This document shows positions 27,791 to 39,000 of a DNA stretch of 64,000 bases, in pieces. Position 1 is the stretch's first letter. The number at the start of each line of letters is the position of its first letter. The notes under the pieces are model-generated. The model saw only the letters and a program-made list of their open reading frames with translations, had not been told where the DNA came from and made no database searches. The DNA comes from Azolla caroliniana (Eukaryota; Plantae; Polypodiophyta), in assembly GCA_043228905.1 (NCBI GenBank), contig JBHGNT010000022.1, positions 2,480,001 to 2,544,000 on the forward strand, in the 5' to 3' direction. A program made the translations under genes and the position numbers.

Positions 27791-28088
27791 TGTCCAGTCC
27801 CGGATTGCTTCCACATTTCGATTTGACGGAGTTCACTCATCCAACGGCAACATTCTACACTCAGTTGTTGCCATTGGTCGGTCTTGGATCGTCTCCTCAA
27901 CTGTTGGATCCAACAGAGTGAAATCCTCTACTGTTCGGTCTTGGATTGCAATAACTTTTCTGTCTATTGATTATCTTGTGTATTGTTGTGTCTAATCTTG
28001 TGTATTGTGTGGAATATTTTTGTGTATTGTTGTTGCCCATAGCCATCTTTAATACTTGTTTTTTTTTCTGGAAATTTAGGGTTTTAAC

Positions 28089-31000
28089 ATGTCTAGCCAA
28101 ATGGAAGGGGAAGAAGGGTGTTTAGAATTACCCCTCAATGATCATAAGGATAGGGATGATGTTATCAGGACACAACAAGCCATACGAAACTATTGGGCAG
28201 AAAAAAAAAGGAAACATCGTCAATTGTTGAAGGATACGAAAGCCACACTCAGTAAAGGTAAGGATAGTTTAGCTGAGAATGTAAGTAATGCGACTACCAT
28301 CATAGAGAGAAAGGTTGTAGACTATTTCAATGTTCAAACCAAGCACATCAGCAATGAAGAAAAGAAGGTAGTACTTTATGGAATATGTAATGATCCATCG
28401 ATAAAGGACTTAGTTGATTGTGATGGTCTTAATGCAAACATATCATCTATTTTAGTAAATAATCTTCGTAATAGTTTCGTATCCATGAGCAGGTCAGAAG
28501 ATGATCTTGTCTTAAAAAGGTCTAGTCTAATGATGTTACTTAATAGTGATGTTGACGATATAAACATCAGTGAGCTATCTAAGGTAATTGGTGTTAGTAG
28601 AAAAACAGTGTACAATACAATGAACCGTATAATTTCCTCGGGTGAAGGAACTAGTCTACTAAAGCTAACTACAAGATGTAAGCCAATGACACCCATAACA
28701 TTTGAAATCAAGGATGTAATCACAATGTTTTGGACTAATGAGAGTAGGGTTTCACCCAATAAAAAGGATTTATGCAGGAAACGTGTTGGAAGAAATCAAT
28801 ACGAGGAGCATCCCATTCATCTTCTTGATGTACCTCAGGTATTTACATTTATCTCAACATTTGTTTTGACTCTACTCGGAAAGTTAATTAGCTCAGTTAG
28901 CAGAAAAGCTAATTAGCTTATCAGTTACATTTACCTCAGTTAGCTACTAGGATCGCTACTACATAGGTAACTAGCTACTCTCAATAGTTACTACCATGAT
29001 AGCTAATTAGCTATTCTCAATAGCTAATTTAGGTACTACCAGATAATTAGCTGTACTGCTAGCTAGTTAGCTATCATGGTAGCTAGTTAGCTATTTCGTT
29101 ATTACCAGCTAATTAGCTACTAGGAAAGCTAATTAGCTACCATGATAGCTAATTAGCTACTATGATAGCTACTACATAGGTAACTGGCTACTCTCAATAG
29201 CTACTACCATGATAGCTAATTAGTTAGGATAGCTAATTAGCCACCATTATAGCTAATTAGCTACTAGACCAGCTAATTAGCTACCATGATAGCTAATTAG
29301 TTACTAGGACAGCTAATTAGCCACCGTCATAGCTAATTAGCTACCATGATAGCTAATTAGCTACTATACCAGCTAATTAGCTACCATGATAGCTAATTAG
29401 CTACTATACCAGCTAATTAGCTACCATGATAGCTAATTAGTTACTAGGAAAGCTAATCAGCCACCATTATAGCTAATTAGCTACTAGACCAGCTAATTAG
29501 CTACCACGATAGCTAATTAGCTACTAGACCAGCTAATTAGCTACCATGATAGCTAATTAGTTACTAGGAAAGCTAATTAGCCACCATGATAGCTAATTAG
29601 CTAGTAGACAAGCTAATTAGCCACCATGATAGCTAATTAGCTACTAGGACAACTAATTAGCTACTAGGACAACTAATTAGCTACCATGATAGCTAATTAG
29701 CTACTACGACAGCTAATTAGCTACCATGATAGCTAATTAGCTACTAGAATAGCTAATTAGCTACTAGAATAGCTAATTAGCTACCATGATAGCTAATTAG
29801 CTACTACGACAGCTAATTAGCTACCATGATAGCTAATTAGCTACTACGACAGCTAATTAGCTACCATGATAGCTAATTAGCTACCATGATAGCTAATTAG
29901 CTACTAGAATAGCTAATTAGCTACTAGGATAGCTAATTAGCTACTAGAATAGCTAATTAGCTACTAGAATAGCTAATTAGCTACCATGATAGCTAATTAG
30001 CTGTCGTAGTAGCTAATTAGCTATCATGGTAGCTAATTAGCTACTACGACAGCTAATTAGCTACCATGATAGCTAATTAGCTACTAGAATAGCTAATTAG
30101 CTACCATGATAGCTAATTAGCTACTACGACAGCTAATTAACTACCATGATAGCTAATTAGCTACTAGGACAACTAATTAGCTACCATGATAGCTAATTAG
30201 CTACTAGAATAGCTAACTAGCTACTAGAATAGCTAACTAGCTACTAGAATAGCTAATTAGCTACTAGGATAGTTAGCTAGTTACGAGAATAACTAATTCC
30301 CCTTTATTACGCAGGTCGATTTATTTATTAGGTTCAAACGAATGCATCCAACTATCAAAGTTCAACTACGAACATTCGAGTCTCTTAAGCCACACTTTGT
30401 GAGACGCTTAAAGGATCGATACACATGTTGTTGCATTTACCATGTACAGATGGGTTTTCTGAAGGACTCTGTTAATCTACTACGTCACCATAGCGCATCC
30501 CTAACTAATACAGTTTGCACATGTGGGTGCCAAATCTGTCGATCAAGCCCGCAAGAGGAGTGTAAATCATCTGAGCACGTTATCTCTTCCATGAGTTATT
30601 TATTAGATTCAATATTGTGTCCGAGAGAATCTGACACTATCTTCCATATTCATAAATGTGTCATGGGTTTATGTCAAGATTGTGGCCCTACTAGATTTAG
30701 GTGGTGTCCAAATGAATTGAGTAGTGAAATATTGATCTCTGTGAAGTTATTTGAGTCAGTGAACACCAATTTCGAAGGAAAGGTGTGTAAAAGAAAGGAT
30801 CTAGTTCGGAAGATGCTTAAACCAAGGGATTTGGTGTCTCTGTTTGTAGTATCTCTAGGAAAGTTCATTAAACACAACTTCATTTATTCATGGCAGGCCC
30901 ATCAGTTTAAGACTTGCATATCTGATTTCCCAAATGATGTAGTAGTCTCAGTAGTAGATTTCGCAGAGAATTATACTTTCAAGCAGCAGAATGAAATTCA

Positions 31001-32156
31001 ATCTATGCATTGGTGTTCAGTTTAGGTAACCATTTTTGTGCACATAACATATTTTCGAGTTTCAGGTGATGTTAAAAAAGTAATTCATTTCTTTATTTCC
31101 GATGATAAGAAGCATGATACCTTGTTCGTCCAACACTGTTTTAAGTTACATTGGCAGTGGTTATTAGCTCAACGTTTGGAGCTTACTCAACATTGGGTCT
31201 GGTCTGACGAAGCTGCGTCACAATTCAAGGCTCGACGTCCATTTTATTTTGTGGGGAGGTATCCTGCTATAACAGGTTTGGAGATGAGATGGAATTTTTT
31301 TGGGTCTGGCCATGGTAAAGGTGAACATGATGGTGCAGGGGCTGTTATAAAGCGGGCACTTACCCATGAACAACTAAAGACAGATGGTGTGCACATGAAT
31401 TGTGCATCACATGTAGTTGAATTTTTAAGAACAAATATGTCGACGAGTGCCACAGGTGTTTATTCCTCGCAGGTTCGAGATATCAAATGTGAATTTTGGG
31501 ATGTGAAGATAGATGAAGTAAATAGGGAGAAGACCTGGGAGTGCCAAGGAATTCCCGAATTGCGATCTCTGCATGCTGTTCGCGGTTATTCCAGGTTGGA
31601 TGGTCATTGTATTGCGGTTAGAGAATTGACTTGTTTTTGCTTCCATTGTGTGCAGGGAAATTGGAGATATTGTCTAAACAAAGCATACATTCAGAATTGG
31701 GAGTATCACACTCTGAATGATAAGGAAGCAGTTGATGGAGAAACAGGGCAGAATGCTGACTTCACATATGAGGGACTTGGAGATACTTTGAGTGATGTCC
31801 TGAACGTTGGGGATAACTTCGCTGTAAATGCTGAAGAAGGCAATTCAGAGGGTGCTGATTTCTATATATTAAAGTGCACGGTTAGTAAACAGTGTGCAAG
31901 GCAGAATATTGTAGATGCATGGGGAAATTTTGTATCTGCCGGGACATTCTACATCGAAGGCATTTTTTATGCAAAACTAGATGACTACGAATATGTGTAC
32001 AGGCTATTAGAAGACAAACCAGCGGCGTATATGTACTCTCATTTGGTCAGATGCATCAACGTCCCAATGTCAGAATACAATAGCTGCTCCGGTTTATACA
32101 CTGTTGGTGCTAATGTGTATGAATGTATTTACAATAGTATGCCATGGAATTTGTAG
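28089..32156 (+). pseudogene. Sola2-type DDD transposase, two exons (28089-28838, 30315-32156), ~863 codons, one premature TAG at 31023
   Basis: CAG|GTATTT donor and GCAG|GTC acceptor join in frame. Motifs VVDFAENY, QSMHW, SDDKKHD, WSDEAASQFK, FFGSGHGKGEHDGAG; Cys-rich regions. Confidence 0.88.
28880..30300. repeat. 20-bp minisatellite with palindromic core TAGCTAATTAGCTA, filling the transposase intron
   Basis: Regular 20-nt period, with 6-nt variable linkers (ccatga, ctagaa, ctacga, ctagga). Confidence 0.95.
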
Positions 32157-32633
32157 CTACAAGTAGCACTTACCATGTTCTCTTGTAAAACAAACATGTA
32201 TTTCGCGAAAACAGATCAATAAATTCGTTTGGAATCAATTTCTTGTATACAGTCTGCTTTCTGTGCTTCTTTCTCAATAAAATCATGTCTTTTTTGTTAA
32301 GTTTTAAGTTATAAGTTATAGCGAAATAGTCATCAGTAGCTAATTAGCTGTACAAATGCAGCTAATTAGCTGTACAAATGTATTTACAATAGTATGCCAT
32401 GGAATTTGTAGCTACAAGTAGCACTTACCATGTTCTCTTGTAAAACAAACATGTATTTCGCGAAAACAGATCAATAAATTCGTTTGGAATCAATTTCTTG
32501 TATACAGTCTGCTTTCTGTGCTTCTTTCTCAATAAAATCATGTCTTTTTTGTTAAGTTTTAAGTTATAAGTTATAGCGAAATAGTCATCAGTAGCTAATT
32601 AGCTGTACAAATGCAGCTAATTAGCTGTACAAA
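32122..32633 (+). repeat. 255-bp tandem duplication covering the transposase stop codon and 3' UTR
   Basis: aatgtatttacaatagtatgccatggaatttgtag... at 32122 and again at 32377. Confidence 0.92.
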
Positions 32634-34642
32634 TACAGCTAATTAGCTGTCAATAGCTAAATAGTCATCAATAGAATGAAATCAACAATCTGCAACATAT
32701 TCCTCAAATTACACAGTAGATAAGTACAGTGGGAACAAGTAATTAAATTCTTCATTGAATAATGTCATCTCTTTACATATTTATAAATTACCATTGGAAA
32801 TGTCTACAAATCTCCTATAAACAGCTAAGCTCTTGCTAGTCAGTGGAACGAGTCTACATATATTATCCGCATATTGAGCTCGGTATGGAGTCCACAACCA
32901 TGCACCTAGTTGGCAGCTCACTGTTGGCACCAGGTACTGTTCAGGCATTTCCTCGGGTAGAATGAGACAGCATCTCCGAATATTGAAGTAGTGTCGGAAA
33001 TGTTCTGTATCCAAAATCAATGTATTGTCAGCATTATATTCAGGCCAAGTAGCCCAAAAATCAGAAAGCCTCTTGAATCTTGCAGCTTCCATCTGCTCAC
33101 AATTTTCTCGTGCCCATTGACCTTTAAAACGACTTCGCCATTTTGGGAAGAATCTTGCCAAACACTTCCACACATCTGATTTTGGTTTTTCACTCCAAAT
33201 AAACAAATCGAAGTACTCCGCAGCCCACTCTAGAAACTGATTTGCGTCCCTCCTTGGCTGCATATATCTCACACTCATCAAGACTTTATCCAGCTCCAAG
33301 ATCAAGGCTCTTCGCTCGACTTCTAGTGGTTTAGGTTTCCATTCCTGAAACTAAGCCGCTGTTACACCATTTTCTGGTAGGATACGATCAATCTCAATCA
33401 GCTCAGGTTCGGCTGACACAACTGGTGTCCTTTTCCTCTTTAAACCCCTAGTCGACTGTGTTGGGCCTAGCTTCACATTCTGGTGCTCTTGTTTTGTCGA
33501 CTTAGTTATCAATCCTTGGATTACCTCAGTGCATGTAGCTACTGTTCTGCTCGATATCAATCCACTGGTATCACATGCTGCATCTACCTGCAACACCAAG
33601 TCATCCGTGCTACATGCTGCATCTACCTGCAACACCAAGTCATCCGTGCTACATGCTGCATCTACCTGCAACACCAAGTCATCCGTGCTACATGCTTGAT
33701 CAACTTGTGTGACCAGATCACTTGTGTCAGTTGCTACATCTACTTTCAAGATGGGGCCCTTTAAACATGCCGCAACATCAACAGTATCCACACTGCCATT
33801 GGCCTTACGAGCAATAGAATCAAACCCTTTAGACTCTGCAACATCAGAAAACACCAACATATTCACACTCACAAAGTAACTACTAGTCTCACAAAACAAT
33901 ATCCTGAACATCAAAGAGTTTCAGTCATAGAACAACACTCTTCAAATTATCTTGGAAAAACATCATAGAGTTCCATTACATAATGTGGATCAGGCAACAA
34001 CCAATCTGAGGTTTTACTTGTCCAACAGGATAGTAAAACTTCATAAAACCCTAGCAAAATCCCTAAGCTAACAATCATATCCAACTAAACAGTATTTCGC
34101 TCCACTACGTCTGGGCCCCTTGACCGAGTAACTGGTCTTGTTCCCGATCGTGGCCCCTTCTTCAGCCTTTTTCTGGTTGGTTCCCCATTTAGCCTTGCTT
34201 CTAGGACCCAATGCGCAAGTGTGTCCTCCTCCGACAACCTTCCCATCGCCTCAGCAGCTAATTGCACATCAGCCGTTTCTTGAACTAGCTTTTCAAGTAC
34301 AGAGGGATCTGTTTGGACATTTTCAGTAGTTGGGCTCGGTGGGGTGGAATCAAGGTCTTGAGACTCGAAGAAATGTTGCATCAAGTGTTCATAAACACTG
34401 TTGTTGTGAACCTCAGTTTTACATGTTGTTTCCACTATTTCATGGCATTTCACATCGTTGCCTAATTCAGTACACTGTTCCAAAAGAATAGGGTGCAGCT
34501 GATCTGAAGGAGATGTGATAGCAGGACTCTTACTTTCAGCCACATTGGCAGTAGTATCCTCATCTGTTGCAGCATCATCAGCACCAGACACATCATGTGC
34601 CGTCCTTAATCCACAAGATTCTACAATAACATGACAGTTATT

Positions 34643-36453
34643 TAGGATAGCTAATTAGCTACTTTACTAAACTATGGTAGAAGCTAGGATAGCTAATTAG
34701 CTAGTACGATAGCTAATTAGCTAGTATGATAGCTAATTAGGTACTTTACTCAACTATGGTAGTAGTTAGGATAGCTAATTAGGTACTTTACTCAACTATG
34801 GTAGTAGTTAGGATAGCTTATTAGCTACTAGGACAACTAATTAGCTGCCAGTAGCTAATTAGCTACTAGGATAGCTAATTAGCTGCCAGTAGCTAATTAG
34901 CTACTAGGATAGCTTATTAGCTACTTTACACAACTATGGCAGTAGCTACTAGGATAGCTAATTCGCTAGGATAGCTAATTCGCTAGTAGGATAGCTAATT
35001 AGTTGCCAGCAGCTAATTAGCTACTAGGATAGCTAATTAGTTGCCAGTAGCTAATTAGCTAGTAGGATAGCTAATTAGGTACTTTACTCAACTATGGTAG
35101 TAGCTAATTAGCTAGTAGGATAGCTAATTAGCTACTTTACTCAACTATGGTAGTAGCTAATTAGCTAGTAGGATAGCTAATTAGCTACTAGGATAGCTAA
35201 TTAGCTGCTAGTAGCTAATTAGCTACTAGGATAGCAAATTAGCTGCTAGTAGCTAATTAGCTACTAGGATAGCTTATTAGCTACTTTACACAACTATGGC
35301 AGTAGCTAATTAGTTACTAGGATAGCTAATTAGTTGCCAGTGGCTAATTAGCTAGTAGGATACCTAATTAGCTTTTTTACACAACTATAGTACTAGCTAA
35401 TTAGCTAGTACCATAGCTAATTACCTACTAGGATAGCTAATTAGCTAGTAGGGTAGCTTATTAGCTACTTTACACAACTATAGTAGTAGCTAGGATAGCT
35501 AATTAGCTACTATGGTAGCTAATTAGCTACTTTACTCAACTATGGTAGTAGCTAGGATAGCTAATTAGCTACTTTACTAACTATGGTAGTAGCTAGGATA
35601 GCTAATTAGCTACTTTATTAACTATGGTGGTAGCTAGGATAGCTAATTAGCTACAATGAAAGCTAATTAGCTACTTTCTCAACTATGTAGTAGCTAGGAT
35701 AGCTTATTAGCTACTAGGACAGCTAATTAGCTGCCAGTAGCTAATTAGCTACTAGGATAGCTAATTAGCTGCCAGTAGCTAATTAGCTACTAGGATAGCT
35801 TATTAGCTACTTTACACAACTATGTCAGTAGCTAATTAGCTACTATGATAGCTAATTAGCTAGTAGGATAGCTAATTAGCTAGTAGGATAGCTAATTAGT
35901 TGCCAGTAGCTAATTAGCTAGTAGGATAGCTAATTAGCTTTTTTACACAACTATGGTACTAGCTAATTAGCTAGTACCATAGCTAACTAGCTACTAGGAT
36001 AGCTTATTAGCTACTTTACACAACTATGTCAGTAGCTAATTAGCTACTATGATAGCTAATTAGCTAGTAGGATAGCTAATTAGCTAGTAGGATAGCTAAT
36101 TAGTTGCCAGTAGCTAATTTGCTAGTAGGATAGCTAATTAGCCTTTTTACACAACTATGGTACTAGCTAATTAGCTAGTACCATAGCTAACTAGCTACTA
36201 GGATAGCTTATTAGCTACTTTACACAACTATGGCAGTAGCTAATTAGTTACTAGGATAGCTAATTAGTTGCCAGTGGCTAATTAGCTAGTAGGATAGCTA
36301 TTTAGCTTTTTTACACAACTATGGTACTAGCTAATTAGCTAGTACTATAGCTAATTAGCTACTAGGATAGCTAATTAGCTAGTAGCTCATTAGCTGCCAG
36401 TAGCTAATTAGCTAGTAGGATAGCTAATTAGAAAAGACTAAGCTTATTAGCTA
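34643..36453. repeat. Second TAGCTAATTAGCTA palindromic minisatellite array, filling intron 34621-36466 of the accessory gene
   Basis: Same core, with different linkers (ctagga, gccag, ctttacacaactatgg) and higher-order repetition. Confidence 0.95.
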
Positions 36454-37889
36454 CAGTATGGTATACCTGTTTGTTTTCTCCACTCATTTGGTAGAGTTGT
36501 ACTGCAATCTCCCAAACAGAATGCAGCAATTCGACAAGCATGTTGAAAACAAAGCAGATGGTATGTGTGGTTGCATGGTTGTAGGTGAACCAACAAAGAC
36601 GCAGTTTTGTCCTCCACACCTAACCCGCAAGCGATGCAACGTGCTTGAACTGTCAATAAATCATTTTCTGGTTCTACTTCATTTGGTAAGGGAGCAAGAA
36701 TGTTCAGGTCCAAATCCTGTCTGGTCCTTACCATTCCCTCCACAAAATGTAGCTTCTTCTTAAGGCAGCTAACTAGCTGTTCTTGATGAATGTATTGTTC
36801 CTTCAACGCAACAGAGAAATTTACCGATTAATTATTCTTGTTGTTGAAAGATACACCAACTTTGCTCAGGAATCGTTAACTTACTTGAAGCTTATCCAAA
36901 TTGTAATCTGCAACAGTATTTACACCTAGAAGGTCCAGGTTCATTGAAAGAACCTGGATCTCTATTTGCAGTTCTATTTTACGCTGGGGATCCAGTGGCC
37001 CCTCTAATTCAAGCTCCTGTTGCGCAACCTATTCCAGATAATGCTTGATTAGCACATTTTACCCGTTATTTATAACACAATCACATACCAGCAAAACAAT
37101 AGTTACCTGAATCTTATTTCTAATTGTTGTAACAGCAGAAGTAACTTTGCTCTCCATTGCAGAAGCCATTGTGGCTTTCTCTAAATCAGTCTTAAAAAAT
37201 GCCAATGTCTCACAGGCTTCATGGACATTTTTTAGCATATAGCTAACCAATGTCTCACCTGTATCATCGACATTGGCTTTCCTTGGGTGTTGGTGTGGTG
37301 TATGCCCCCGGTCTTGCTGGGAGTCGGCAGTTGCATCAACAACTGCCATGCTCCAAAATCTGTCTATTTTTTGTGCCAAGGTCCCCATCTTTCGGCATCT
37401 TTTTACCGATGCCTCACCATAGACTGCCCAAGCTACCCTATACATTTCAGGGTCTCTAGATTCCTTCGCTGTTTTGCAGTACTCATATGCAAATGCTCTA
37501 GCAAATGAAACTGACAACTCATTGTTGACTGGGATCTCCTGATGAACTTTCTGGTGCAGTCTCATGCAGTCATCGTACAAGTCGGCTCGTACATGCTTCA
37601 GCTTGACCTTGCCTTTGACTCTAGGCACTGTATATACTGTCATCCAGTCTATATCACTGATCAATTTATCACTTAGGACAGCAGGGTCAACACCCTCGAG
37701 TGACAGACCATAGGTGTTGTGGAAGTCCTCCTTTGTCTTGCAAAATTTTGCGAAGTTTAGCACTCTCGTATACGGAGGAACGAGCCATCTGAAATATCAT
37801 TTCAGAAATCAGAAATAGTGCAAAATCAGAATATGTGAGAATCAAAAACCCCAATCAACAACAACAAAAATGGTGCAAAATATTTAACT

Positions 37890-38255
37890 TAACCTAATCA
37901 AAATCTGTAATCAGAAGTTTGAAATCAGAAACCCTAATCAAAATCTGTAATCAGAAGTTTGTAACCAGAAACCTTATTCAGAAATTCTAATCAGAAATTT
38001 ATAATCAAAAACCCTAATCAGAAATTTCAATCAGAAACCCTAATAAAAAATTTCAATCACAAACCCTAATCAGAAATCCTAAGCAGAAATTTATAAACAA
38101 AAACCCTATTCAGAAATTCTAATTTGTAATCAAAATTTGTAACCAGAAACCCTATTCAGAAATTCTAATCAGAAGTTTATAATCAAAAACCCTAATCAGA
38201 AATTTCAATCACAAACCCTAATCAGAAATTTCAATCACAAACCCTAATCACTAAA
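37890..38255. repeat. AAACCCTAATCAGAAATT-type short repeats in intron 1 of the accessory gene
   Basis: About 9 copies of aaacccta followed by atcagaaa/attcagaaa. Confidence 0.8.
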
Positions 38256-39000
38256 GACAGGATTAAACACAAAAAAAGTAATATAAACACACCTGTTGCT
38301 ACTCCCCGATTTGCGAGACATCCTTGTATGGGACTCCAAGGACTTCGCCCTATTCGATTTTGGGGAAATATGAATCGGCACCAAAGTTCAGACAGTAGTC
38401 AAAAAGAAAAAACAAATGTTTGGGGTTTCTGTAACTGAAACATACCTGGACGATGATCGAGCGGGTTCTGTGTTGTAGCTCTCAATCTGCAATGTCGATT
38501 TTTTGCTGTTGCGGGAGCTACGTCTGCGTTCGTGCTCTGAGTACTCCATCTGCGTTCAAAATCAGACTTAGGCTAAACAGGAAATTGATGACATTGAAGT
38601 CGACCTTAGATGATGGTGATATTCCCCAAGTTCCACTACGTCTGAAACAGAAGTTCAAATATTTGAGTTTTTTCATAAATTAGTTTTTCAAATATTTGAT
38701 TTTCCCACAAGAAAGACTAGCTAAACAAATAGCTAATTAGCTATGGCCATTTTAGTAGCTAATTAGCTATAATAGTGTTTCCACTCGCATGCTTTTACCC
38801 TACACGACGTGCACCGTGCGAGTCAGAAAAAAGGCGCCAACATGCAACAAGAAAACTTCCACCGCGTGGAAGCCTTCACATTTCGCGAACAGAGGAGCAC
38901 AAACGAGCATAGGCGATTGAAGATCATCAGACGCAAGCCCACACACGCAGAGCCTCCTCAAACACACCCCTCACGAGCGCTCACCGACCTCAAAGAAGCC

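Larger units (their letters stand above)
32781..38321 (-). pseudogene. Multi-exon accessory gene of the Sola2-like element: unknown N-terminal domain, RING-H2 finger, low-complexity linker, FCP1/NIF-like HAD domain; premature TAG at 33351
   Basis: Phase-consistent GT-AG exons 38321-38293, 37788-37107, 37028-36885, 36800-36467, 34620-~34100, ~33835-32781 (last intron unresolved). RING pattern CIAC...PCNHTYHLLC...CLGDC. NIF-like pattern ALILELDKVL...FLEW...LFIWS...W.RENC...K.L..FW...YNADNTLILD. Confidence 0.75.
26666..38800 (+). mobile_element. Sola2-like TIR DNA transposon, 12.1 kb, two convergent genes
   Basis: 25-bp TIRs GGGTRAAAGCATGCGAGTGGAAACA (1 mismatch). 4-bp TSD TACA (26662-26665 / 38801-38804). 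GGG...CCC termini and a 4-bp TSD fit Sola2. Confidence 0.9.

Noticed and set aside
28880-30300. CRISPR-like array (palindromic repeat with variable spacers)
   Set aside because: Linkers are only ~6 nt and reused many times, there are no cas genes, and the array lies in a spliceosomal intron; it is a minisatellite.
37890-38255. Interstitial telomere
   Set aside because: AAACCCT units are not tandem; they are dispersed within longer repeat units.
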